From Clostridia bacterium (GTDB lineage Bacteria; Bacillota; Clostridia; Oscillospirales; CAG-272), in assembly GCA_017482495.1 (NCBI GenBank), contig JAFUMU010000083.1, positions 3,342-67,341 of the forward strand: 64,000 nucleotides of DNA, in the 5' to 3' direction. The position numbers and the translations under genes are program-made. A model generated the notes under the pieces. That model was given only the letters and a program-made list of their open reading frames with translations. It had not been told where the DNA came from and ran no database searches. Positions 29,544-38,286 of this stretch are shown piece after piece. Numbering within the stretch: position 1 is the first letter of the stretch; each line of letters starts with the position of its first letter.

Positions 29544-29572
29544 ATTATAGTCCCCGTTTTACATAAAGTCAA
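29544..29572 (-). promoter_or_regulatory. Sigma-A type promoter of hppA
   Basis: Minus strand: TTGACT, 17 bp spacer, TATAAT. Confidence 0.7.
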
Positions 29573-30026
29573 TAGGATTTGATGATTTTAGGCGATTTCA
29601 CCAAAGAAACTTGGTAAAATAATTTGTAAATACTTTTATGAAATGTCTTGCACAGCGACAAAATCTTGTATTTTTATGTGAATTTTCGTGTTGAATTTGT
29701 CATCAGATAGTCGCTTTTGTCAATCTGTACACTATAGTTACAATATGTTTTAGTCATTTTCACGATTATACTTTATGTCATTTGATGTGACAACAACTTT
29801 CATCAAATCATTTTTTTGCACAGCATAAGATCACAATCCTGCAAAATTACCTGCGAGAATAAAAAAATTTTTTCTAAGATTTTATTTTTACCGTAAAACT
29901 TGTTTTTTGTGTAATTTTACCCCGTAAATACGGGAAAATTTTCTACTCCACTTGTATTGGGAGATGTATTATGATAAAATCAAATCAATAATAACCGCAT
30001 ATTTGCGGCACACAGGAGAATATTTT

Positions 30027-31712
30027 ATGGAAGAAAAAGTAAAAGAGGTTTCTACTGTTATTTTTAAGCCTATTCCGGAAACTGAGAAGTGTTTCCTTGA
30101 CGAAGATATTGCAACAAAGGCTCCCCATAGAAAAGCATCTATGCTCAGAGGTGAGCGTTTCAGCTTCCAGCTTGCATATCAGGATATGAAGATGCGCTAT
30201 GACAGACGTATCGGACATATCAAGGTCGAGGGCGATATTGCAGATTGGGTCACGATCCAAAGAGCGGAATGTGTTCCCCTCCGACTCCCTATCAGCCGCG
30301 CCTGCGAAGACATGAATTTCCTGCGCCGCACCCCCGGTCTCTATCCCGACCTTCTCCGACCCATAACAGAGAAAAACAGGATCTATGTTACAAACGATCT
30401 TCAGTCCGTTTGGGTAGATATCAGAGTTCCCGAGGATGCTCCTGCAGGAGAGCACAAGCTGAAGTTTACCCTTTATAACGGAGAAAGCACGGAGGAGGAA
30501 ATATTCGGCTCCTGCGAATTCACAGCGGTGGTTATCCCCGCAACATTACCGAAGCAGAAGCTTATCGTTACACAGTGGTTCTATTGCGACTGCCTTGCTT
30601 CCTACTATGATGTTGAAATGTTCTCAGAACGCCATTGGGAGATCATTGAGAACTTTATAAAAACTGCCGTTGATAACGGCATCAATATGATACTTACTCC
30701 TGTTTTCACTCCTGCTCTTGATACTCAGGTGGGTGGCGAGCGTCCCACAAACCAGCTTGTTGCCATCACTCGTAGCAACGGCAAATGGAGCTTTGACTTC
30801 ACTCTCCTTCACAGATGGATAGAGATGTGCAAAAGATGCGGAGTGGAATATTACGAGATATCTCATCTCTTTACCCAGTGGGGAGCGGAGCATGCCCCCA
30901 AGGTAATGGCAACGGTAGACGGCGAATACAAGAAGGTATTCGGATGGGAAACAGACGCAGGCGCAGAGGAATATACAGGCTTCCTTACGGAAATGATCCC
31001 TCAGCTTATCGAGGTGCTTAAGGCTCACGGAGTTGATAAAAATACTGTATTCCACATTTCCGACGAGCCCGGCGGATGGATGCTTGAATCATATAAGAAG
31101 GCTAAAAGCACCGTGGAAGACGTTCTTGACGGTCAGATGATCATAGACGCACTTTCCGATTATTCCTTCTATGAGCAGGGTATACTTAAAAATCCCGTTG
31201 TTTCCACAGACCATGTTGATAAGTATATCGAAAACAACGTACAGGATCTTTGGGTCTACTACTGCTGCTGTCAGGTAAATAAGGTGTCCAACAGAATGAT
31301 CGCAATGCCTACAGCAAGAAACAGAATAATCTCCACTCAGTTCTATAAATACAAGATAGCCGGCTTCCTCCATTGGGGATACAACTTCTATTTCACCCAG
31401 CATTCCTGCGAGCCCTGTAACCCCTATAGCTGCAGCGACGGAGGATTCTGGGTTCCCGGCGGTGATACATTCTCTGTTTATCCCGCTCCCGACGGAACCG
31501 CATACGAAAGCATCCACCTCCTTGGCTTTACAGCCGCGCTCAACGACCTTCGCGCCATGGAGCTTGCAGAAAGCCTTTGCGGAAGAGAAGCTGTTATGGC
31601 ACTGATCGAGGATGATATCGATCCCATTACCTTCTCCGAGTATCCTCACGAGCAGGAGTATATTCTTGATATGAGAGAGAGACTTAATAAGCTTATCGCA
31701 GATAATATATAA
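30027..31712 (+). CDS. DUF4091-like protein (glycoside-hydrolase-like)
   Basis: Track ORF trimmed to the ATG after AGGAGA. Family call is from overall resemblance (about 560 aa, WFYCDCLASYY, HISDEP) and is not verified. Confidence 0.6.
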   Translation: MEEKVKEVSTVIFKPIPETEKCFLDEDIATKAPHRKASMLRGERFSFQLAYQDMKMRYDRRIGHIKVEGDIADWVTIQRAECVPLRLPISRACEDMNFLRRTPGLYPDLLRPITEKNRIYVTNDLQSVWVDIRVPEDAPAGEHKLKFTLYNGESTEEEIFGSCEFTAVVIPATLPKQKLIVTQWFYCDCLASYYDVEMFSERHWEIIENFIKTAVDNGINMILTPVFTPALDTQVGGERPTNQLVAITRSNGKWSFDFTLLHRWIEMCKRCGVEYYEISHLFTQWGAEHAPKVMATVDGEYKKVFGWETDAGAEEYTGFLTEMIPQLIEVLKAHGVDKNTVFHISDEPGGWMLESYKKAKSTVEDVLDGQMIIDALSDYSFYEQGILKNPVVSTDHVDKYIENNVQDLWVYYCCCQVNKVSNRMIAMPTARNRIISTQFYKYKIAGFLHWGYNFYFTQHSCEPCNPYSCSDGGFWVPGGDTFSVYPAPDGTAYESIHLLGFTAALNDLRAMELAESLCGREAVMALIEDDIDPITFSEYPHEQEYILDMRERLNKLIADNI

Positions 31713-31717
31713 TTGAA

Positions 31718-31746
31718 AAAGGGGCTTCACAGCCCCTTTTGGTGTT
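31718..31746 (+). terminator. Intrinsic terminator
   Basis: AAAAGGGGCTTCACAGCCCCTTTTGG. Confidence 0.65.
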
Positions 31747-31772
31747 GCGAAAACAAAAACACGGAGGCAGAT

Positions 31773-33353
31773 ATGGCAAAGAAAAAAATATCAATAAAGC
31801 TATTTTCAATAATGCTTGCCCTGTTGATGGTAATTATGACGGGATGCATTAATACTAAGTATCCCAGATATGACAAAGCGGCTCAGCTTAAGGAGCCGTA
31901 TTACGGAAGTCTTGAAAACGGAGATACATACTATACTCCCGCAAGCAAAAGCTGCGTTGCTGATAAGGACAGAACTGTCCTTTATTACAACGAGCTGGTT
32001 CTGGTGTTTACAAAAACAGACCTTTCGGACGATGACATCAATGACATAGCAAAAAAAGCAGGCGGAGAAGCAGTGGGAATTGTCAGCGGAGCGATCCATT
32101 CCATACAGATAAAGATCCCCGCCGCAACTCTTGGGGAAATTGAGGCCCTTGCCAATGAGCTTTGCGAGGATGAAAATGTCATGTATGCCTGCCCCGAATA
32201 CCCTCTGCAGATAATGAACACCGACGAGCCCTGGGGCGAAGAGGAAGAAAATATTATCGGTAATGAGGCAGAGCCCGGAGGAAGCGACTGGTGGGCAGAA
32301 GCTATCGGAGCATATACAGCATGGGAATACAGCGAGCTTTGTGGAAAGATAAATGTTGGCATAGTAGATAACAGCTTTTCCATAGGCCATTCTGAATTAA
32401 AAGGCCAAATAACTATGATAAATGATAATACAGTGGATACGGAAATGGACCACGGTACACACGTAACAGGTATTATGGCTGCACACGCAAACGGCGATGG
32501 AATACGTGGGATCGCCTCCACGGCACACTACTACTGCGCGGATATGTGGCCTTCTGTCGGCGACACATCATTCCATACCATAGGAGAGCTGTTGGCTATC
32601 TATAATTATATGGCTGAGCTTGATGTTAAGGTGATAAATAACTCATGGGGATGCGTTGCATATACAGAAACCGCCTATAAAAGGCTGTCTGTGGGAAATG
32701 AGCTTCCTTACAGTCAGTGGATGGATATGCGAAAGGATAAGGATATCGTTCCCACGGCAGAGGCTATGATCGTTATGATAAGCCAGCTTATAATGTCAGG
32801 AATAGAGAATATCATATTTGTACAGGCGGCAGGTAACGGACTTGATGACAATGTTGCAACAGAAAACACAGATGCTGTGTATAACGGATTCTTTTCAACG
32901 ATAACAGAAGAAATATTCGACAGCATGGACGAGGATTTCATAAATACCGTAAAGGAAAAAGGTATTGACTATAAAACTATTGACGACAGAATATTTGTTG
33001 TGGGCTCCGTTGATTGTGTGGTTGACGGAAACGGTAACTATTTTATGTCTGACTTCTCCAATTATGGCGAAACAGTTGATATATGCGCTCCGGGCGGAGG
33101 AGTTTACAGTACCGTTGGCGTCATGGGAGGCGGATATGAGTTTTTTTCAGGAACATCAATGGCATCTCCCATGGTCACAGCATCCATAGCATTTGTCTGG
33201 TCGATCGACCCTACACTTTCTGTGTGTGAGGTAAGAGATATTATTCTCAACAGCGCACAGGTCAAAGCCCTTGGCGTGGAAAACGGAAGCGATTACAGCT
33301 ACCCCATGCTAAATGTAGGCGCAGCAGTAGAGCGCGTTGTGCAGATCCAATAA
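31773..33353 (+). CDS. S8 (subtilisin-like) serine peptidase, lipoprotein
   Basis: Trimmed to the ATG after GGAGG. Signal plus lipobox LMVIMTGC. Catalytic motifs VGIVDN, DHGTHVTG and GTSMASPMV. Confidence 0.85.
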   Translation: MAKKKISIKLFSIMLALLMVIMTGCINTKYPRYDKAAQLKEPYYGSLENGDTYYTPASKSCVADKDRTVLYYNELVLVFTKTDLSDDDINDIAKKAGGEAVGIVSGAIHSIQIKIPAATLGEIEALANELCEDENVMYACPEYPLQIMNTDEPWGEEEENIIGNEAEPGGSDWWAEAIGAYTAWEYSELCGKINVGIVDNSFSIGHSELKGQITMINDNTVDTEMDHGTHVTGIMAAHANGDGIRGIASTAHYYCADMWPSVGDTSFHTIGELLAIYNYMAELDVKVINNSWGCVAYTETAYKRLSVGNELPYSQWMDMRKDKDIVPTAEAMIVMISQLIMSGIENIIFVQAAGNGLDDNVATENTDAVYNGFFSTITEEIFDSMDEDFINTVKEKGIDYKTIDDRIFVVGSVDCVVDGNGNYFMSDFSNYGETVDICAPGGGVYSTVGVMGGGYEFFSGTSMASPMVTASIAFVWSIDPTLSVCEVRDIILNSAQVKALGVENGSDYSYPMLNVGAAVERVVQIQ

Positions 33354-33367
33354 ATTCTTTCACACTA

Positions 33368-33396
33368 TTGAAAAGTGTATAAAAATAAGATATAAT
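33368..33396 (+). promoter_or_regulatory. Sigma-A type promoter
   Basis: TTGAAA, 17 bp spacer, TATAAT. Confidence 0.7.
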
Positions 33397-33426
33397 GATA
33401 AAAACGTAAATTAAGAGGTAAAGCCC

Positions 33427-34365
33427 ATGAAGCACAGAGTGTTAGTAGTAAGCTCAGCCAATATGGATTTTGTACAGAGGATAGATAAGATACCAAGCGC
33501 AGGGCAAACTGTGGTTACCGACTGTACATACAGCTATATTCCCGGAGGCAAGGGCGCTAACAGTGCCGTCGCCTTTGCACGTCTTGGCGCTGATACCGTA
33601 TTTTGCACAAGAGTGGGCAAGGATTCAAACGGAGCGGCTCTCAAGCGCATATATCAAAAAGAAGGTATAGATACACGTTTTCTTGTTGAAGACGTCGAAA
33701 AGCCCACAGGTCTTGCCTCCATCATCGTAGAGGATGACGGCGCCAACAGAATAATAGTATATCCCGGAGCCAATACCGAGATATCCGAAAACGAGATCGA
33801 GGACGCATTCACCACATATCCCGATGCAGTATTTTTGCAGTTTGAGATACCCTTTGAAGCAGTGGTAACTGCGGCAGAATTTGCCGCAGAGCAGAATATC
33901 CCCATGTTTGTAGACGCCGGCCCCGTCAACGGCGAGGTAGACCTTAGCCGCCTGAAAAAGGTGGAAATACTTTCACCCAACGAATCCGAATGTGAAGCAC
34001 TTACAGGCATATATCCCGACTCTCTCGAAAATTGCCTGCGCGCCTGCATACGCCTTTGCTCCATGGTAGAGATCAAATATGTTGTCCTCAAGCTGGGCAA
34101 GAGAGGCGCATTTGTATACGACGGCAAATACTATCACTTGGTACAGGGACACAAGGTAAATGCAGTTGACACGACAGCCGCAGGAGACGTGTTCTCTGCG
34201 GCAGTAACATATGCTTATCTGAAAAAGGGAGATATTCTTGAGGCAACAAGATTTGCTAATCTTGCGGCAGCCCTTTCCGTGACAAAAGAGGGAGCATTCC
34301 CTTCAATACCTACTCTTGCAGAGGTCAAAGAATTTTCCATAACATTGAAAAGTAAGGAACAGTAA
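33427..34365 (+). CDS. rbsK: Ribokinase
   Basis: PfkB family with GGKGANSAV and DTTAAGDVF motifs. Confidence 0.85.
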   Translation: MKHRVLVVSSANMDFVQRIDKIPSAGQTVVTDCTYSYIPGGKGANSAVAFARLGADTVFCTRVGKDSNGAALKRIYQKEGIDTRFLVEDVEKPTGLASIIVEDDGANRIIVYPGANTEISENEIEDAFTTYPDAVFLQFEIPFEAVVTAAEFAAEQNIPMFVDAGPVNGEVDLSRLKKVEILSPNESECEALTGIYPDSLENCLRACIRLCSMVEIKYVVLKLGKRGAFVYDGKYYHLVQGHKVNAVDTTAAGDVFSAAVTYAYLKKGDILEATRFANLAAALSVTKEGAFPSIPTLAEVKEFSITLKSKEQ

Positions 34366-34366
34366 T

Positions 34367-34777
34367 ATGAATAAGGTTTTACTCGGAGTTGACTACGGCG
34401 ATGCAAGAACAGGACTTGCGACAAATGCAGGTACATTTGCTTTCGGCGCAGGATGCATAAAAAGCGAAGGTATGAAAAAAACAGCACAGGCTGTAGCTGA
34501 TGCCGCTATAGCAAAAAAGGCTGAGCTGATCGTTGTGGGTAACCCCATAAATATGAACGGGACCGAAGGACCTCGAAGCGAGAAATGCAGAGCATTTGCG
34601 GCTATGCTTACAGAAATGTCCGGAATTCCCGTGGAGCTGTACGATGAAAGACTCACAACAGTCAATGCCCATAATATTCTTTCCGAGCTGAACGTAAGGG
34701 GAAAAAAGCGCAAGGATAACGTGGACGAGTTGTCCGCGACACTTATTCTGCAAGCTTATATAGACAGTAATAAATGA
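34367..34777 (+). CDS. ruvX: Holliday-junction resolvase-like nuclease YqgF/RuvX
   Basis: Contains LGVDYGDARTGLA and a DERLTT motif. 136 aa. Confidence 0.9.
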   Translation: MNKVLLGVDYGDARTGLATNAGTFAFGAGCIKSEGMKKTAQAVADAAIAKKAELIVVGNPINMNGTEGPRSEKCRAFAAMLTEMSGIPVELYDERLTTVNAHNILSELNVRGKKRKDNVDELSATLILQAYIDSNK

Positions 34778-35022
34778 TCGGATAATTTTTTTAAAGGAGT
34801 TCTTCATATACGTGAGAGCTCCTTTTTAGATTGTCGAAAAAAGAAGGTCGGATGAGACCATAGAGAACAGGCGGATAAAATGAAATCACACAGCGGCGTC
34901 ATGGCTTTCTCTGCGGATATTTGGAAAACATATTGCCAAAATTCAGCAAAACAATAATATTGAATGTGGAGATCATATATGATAGAATTATAGTAACAAG
35001 CTTACGAAAAGAGAATGATGAT

Positions 35023-35811
35023 ATGTTCACCTACAAAAAAGGAATATGGCAATCGGACATACTGAATATGAAAGGAATAAGTCATGGATTTTCCACACGT
35101 CTCGGCGGAAAAAGCGTACTTTCCCATACAGCATCTATGAATACGGGTTTTTTTCGCGGAGATGACGACAGCCTTGTTGTCGAAAACATCAGAGAGCTTT
35201 GCACTCTTTCCGACTCAAGCATGGATGTAGTATGCACTCCGCAAATACATTCTGATATTATCCGTTATGTTACAGAAGAAAATATAGGTGAGGGAACTGT
35301 ATGCGACGTTCCGTTTTCCTGCGACGGATTTGTAACAGACCGCCCGGGCGTAACTCTTCTTGTAAGAGTTGCCGACTGCACCCCTATACTTATGTGCGGC
35401 AAAAAGGCTGACGGATCTCCTGTTGTGGCGGCTGTCCACGCAGGATGGAAGGGCGCTGTTGCGGGAATAGGATCCAATGCTGTTCAAAAAATGCGAGAGC
35501 TTGGTGCTGACAATATACACTGTGCCATCGGAGCCTGTATACACAAATGTTGTTTTCAGGTGGGGGAGGATTTCATAGAGTCGGTAAAAACGGCAAGAGG
35601 AGCTGATTTTGCAAGTGAATATATTGAGCATCGAAACGGCTCATATTATGCAGATCTGCCCGGTATGAATGCAAACATCCTTCGCAGCGCAGGCATTGAT
35701 CAGATCGATATTATCGACGAATGTACACTTTGTAAGCCGTATCTCTACCATTCCCACAGAGCGACAGGCGGCAAGCGCGGCACCATGGGTGCAGTTATTT
35801 GTATTAACTGA
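35023..35811 (+). CDS. pgeF: Peptidoglycan editing factor PgeF (YfiH / laccase-domain family)
   Basis: Trimmed to MFTYKK. Contains HGFSTRLGG, QIHSD, VRVADCTPIL, HAGWKG and SHR motifs. Confidence 0.85.
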   Translation: MFTYKKGIWQSDILNMKGISHGFSTRLGGKSVLSHTASMNTGFFRGDDDSLVVENIRELCTLSDSSMDVVCTPQIHSDIIRYVTEENIGEGTVCDVPFSCDGFVTDRPGVTLLVRVADCTPILMCGKKADGSPVVAAVHAGWKGAVAGIGSNAVQKMRELGADNIHCAIGACIHKCCFQVGEDFIESVKTARGADFASEYIEHRNGSYYADLPGMNANILRSAGIDQIDIIDECTLCKPYLYHSHRATGGKRGTMGAVICIN

Positions 35812-35824
35812 GAAATATTAAATC

Positions 35825-35853
35825 GGGGGACTTTCTTTCAGCGAAAGTCCCCC
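35825..35853. terminator. R-type hairpin acting as terminator between convergent genes
   Basis: GGGGGACTTTCTTTCAGCGAAAGTCCCCC, the same design as the terminal hairpins of the repeat family. Confidence 0.6.
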
Positions 35854-35863
35854 TTCATAGAAT

Positions 35864-36001
35864 CTAATACAAATTGTTTTTTGAGTCTATAATATAATCA
35901 AGCTTCTCATCGTCGGAAAGAGAATTAAAATACAGCATTTTTTCCTCATTCTGCGCCAGTTCCATTGCCAGTTCCTCAGGCATTTTTATTGTTTCGTCCA
36001 T
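35864..36001 (-). CDS. Possible small protein (45 aa)
   Basis: My own translation: MDETIKMPEELAMELAQNEEKMLYFNSLSDDEKLDYIIDSKNNLY. AAAGGA lies 8 nt upstream. Below the size cutoff of the track. Confidence 0.35.
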   Translation of the reverse strand: MDETIKMPEELAMELAQNEEKMLYFNSLSDDEKLDYIIDSKNNLY

Positions 36002-36049
36002 ATTCAAAATCCTTTCGTGTTACTGTTAAAAGTATTCCCGAAAAAATTC

Positions 36050-36078
36050 TTGACATAAGCACTTTTTGATGTTAATAT
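36050..36078 (+). promoter_or_regulatory. Sigma-A type promoter
   Basis: TTGACA, 17 bp spacer, TAATAT. Confidence 0.65.
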
Positions 36079-36097
36079 ACCATTGTAGCTACAAAAT

Positions 36098-36190
36098 TCA
36101 ATACAGGGGTGCTGTTACAGGACGGCTGAGACGGAAATTTTCCGAACCCTTTAACCTGATACGGGTAATTCCGGCGTAGGGAGCATTGTT
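36098..36190 (+). promoter_or_regulatory. TPP (THI-box) riboswitch
   Basis: CAGGGGUGC...GGCUGAGA...ACCCUUUAACCUGAUACGGGUAAUUCCGGCGUAGGGAGC matches the TPP aptamer consensus. Confidence 0.9.
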
Positions 36191-36223
36191 TTAAGGCACT
36201 ATTATATTATTTTGCTTTTTACT

Positions 36224-36251
36224 ACACCCTGCCGAGAGCAGGGTGTTTTTT
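36224..36251 (+). terminator. Riboswitch terminator
   Basis: ACACCCTGC-CGAGA-GCAGGGTGT followed by a T-run. Confidence 0.8.
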
Positions 36252-36291
36252 GCTCTTATATTTCGGAAACGAAAGGAGTAATTATTTTAAA

Positions 36292-37086
36292 ATGAAAAAA
36301 AATTTAGCACTTAAACTTACGGAAAGCGCAATGATGATCGCGCTGGCTACCATTCTCAGCTTTATCAAGCTGGCAAATCTGCCTTACGGCGGCAGTATAA
36401 CTATCGCATCTATGCTGCCAATACTTATTATCGCCGTTCGCTACGGCACACCGTGGGGTCTTTTCACAGGACTTGTCCACGGAACCCTGCAGCTTATAAT
36501 TGATCCCGGACCTCTCAGCTACTTCTCTGACGGGCTGAGCGTTGCGGCAATAATTGTGCTTGACTATATTCTCGCCTTCAGCCTTATAGGCTTAGGAGGA
36601 CTTGCCGGAAAAGCCAAAGCTCCCACTGTTTCACTTAGCATAGGAGCACTTATCGCAGGTGTGCTTCGCTATCTGTGTCACGTGGTATCAGGTGCAACAG
36701 TTTGGGCGGGACTCTCTATTCCCACCTCCGCCGCACTTGCTTATTCCTTCGTCTACAATGCAACATATATGCTTCCCGAAACACTTATCCTCATTATATC
36801 AGCATATTTTATCGCTTCATCTGTGAACTTCCGTTCTCAGCGCCTCGCTCCTGCAAAGCGCGGCGATAAAAAGGTCTCCGTTTTCTCTGTTTTAGGATTG
36901 GCATTTTTCTCCGGCGGACTTATCTTTGACATTGCTTCAGTATTCTCTAAGCTGCAAAACGGAGAAACAGGTGAGTTCGATATCACAGGCATCGCTTCTG
37001 TTAACTGGATCCTCGTTCTTGCTGTAACCGCTGTCTGCTTCGCCCTCGGTGCAGTTATGCTCCTTGTGGCAAAGAGGAAGAAATAA
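36292..37086 (+). CDS. thiT: ECF-type thiamine transporter S component ThiT with C-terminal extension
   Basis: Trimmed to MKKNLALKLTESAMMIALATILSF. Has a ThiT-like six-TM core downstream of the TPP riboswitch and about 80 extra C-terminal residues with two further hydrophobic helices. Confidence 0.7.
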   Translation: MKKNLALKLTESAMMIALATILSFIKLANLPYGGSITIASMLPILIIAVRYGTPWGLFTGLVHGTLQLIIDPGPLSYFSDGLSVAAIIVLDYILAFSLIGLGGLAGKAKAPTVSLSIGALIAGVLRYLCHVVSGATVWAGLSIPTSAALAYSFVYNATYMLPETLILIISAYFIASSVNFRSQRLAPAKRGDKKVSVFSVLGLAFFSGGLIFDIASVFSKLQNGETGEFDITGIASVNWILVLAVTAVCFALGAVMLLVAKRKK

Positions 37087-37100
37087 TTTGAGGATTTTAT

Positions 37101-37608
37101 GCAAGGGGGATTTTAAGGAAATCCCCCCTGCACCCCCAAACCTTTTCGGATAACGCATGATTTGGTGGCTACGATATTCTATATCTAAACGGGATTCGGA
37201 GCAGTATAAGGTAGGTTAGTCTTCCCGTATGCGACCGTAGGTCGCTCGGAAAATTAAAAGGATATTGAAAAAGGAAACAAGCTTCCTTTTTCAATATCCT
37301 TTTCTTTTCCTTAACCCAAATGCAATAGCATTTGGGCGGGAAGACGCGCCCGTTCAGCGCACAATATTACATTCACCCCTATTCAAAGTTCTCTGGAAAG
37401 GGGTACGGGGGAGAACCTCTCTGCGAAAGAGAGGTTTCCCCCGAAAAAGCTTCGTGCGGGAATGCGCGAAATTCAGCGCACCTTATAAAGTTCACCCTTA
37501 TTCAAAGTTCTCTGAAAGGGGCGGCCGGGGTTCCCCAATGCGAGCTTGCCGAGCCTTGGGGGTTCACGGTACGGGGGAATCTCTCTCCGAAAGAGAGATT
37601 CCCCCCGC
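37101..37608 (+). repeat. Intergenic modular repeat, copy with duplicated R module
   Basis: L hairpin 37101-37131. Closing helix 37219-37227 / 37337-37345. First R module ends with hairpin 37407-37442; second R module ends with hairpin 37573-37607. Confidence 0.85.
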
Positions 37609-37624
37609 ATTAATTCACACATAA

Positions 37625-38263
37625 TTAAATTAACTCAGCGATGTCAATGTTTTCACCAATGAGACCGACATAAGCGCCGTCGGAAGCCTCAGAGGAATCG
37701 GGATGAGCCAGGAGCCATTTGTTTCTTGCACGAAGGAGAGTGTCTTCAAAGTTTCTGGGCTCGAAAACAGGCTTGTCTGTGTTTGTACCCTTGGGGAGCG
37801 CAATAAGAACCTTAAAACCCTTGCTTGCATCTGCGTGGCAGGGGGCATAGTGAAGAGTTGTAGCATAGCACTCAACCATAACGCCTGCAGGAGCACGGAA
37901 AGCCTTGACCTTTGCTGTATCCAGCTTGCCGTCTTCTATCTCGTCCTGCTTGGCAACAAGGAGGATAAAATCCTCACATCCAAGATTAAACTCGCTGTCT
38001 CTGTGATATTCAAGGCAGTTGAGACGGGTGTTGTGGCCGTTGCACCAGCCCATCTGAACGGGCATGCCGCCATAGAGATGCTCAGAAACCTCAACTGTTG
38101 CCGGAAGCTCCTGCAGAGCCTCGTCCTCCGCAGTATATTCCACGCCCTCGGGAAGAGGTGTTCTTGAGAGAGCGCCAAGAATTTCGGAAACAGCCTCATC
38201 AAGACCGGAGACAACCTTGCCGTAGGAGGCAAATTCTTTATCATATACTGAATAGATCTTCAT
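37625..38263 (-). CDS. DUF4867-like cupin-fold protein
   Basis: Trimmed to MKIYSVYDKEF after GGAAGGA. Family call from memory (GWCNGHNTRLNCLEYHRDSEF). Confidence 0.65.
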   Translation of the reverse strand: MKIYSVYDKEFASYGKVVSGLDEAVSEILGALSRTPLPEGVEYTAEDEALQELPATVEVSEHLYGGMPVQMGWCNGHNTRLNCLEYHRDSEFNLGCEDFILLVAKQDEIEDGKLDTAKVKAFRAPAGVMVECYATTLHYAPCHADASKGFKVLIALPKGTNTDKPVFEPRNFEDTLLRARNKWLLAHPDSSEASDGAYVGLIGENIDIAELI

Positions 38264-38286
38264 AATTACATCCTTCCGTTCTAATT

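Noticed and set aside
34881-34958. 25-codon ORF (MKSHSGVMAFSADIWKTYCQNSAKQ) between ruvX and pgeF
   Set aside because: It has a weak RBS and no supporting features, and most likely lies in the pgeF promoter region.
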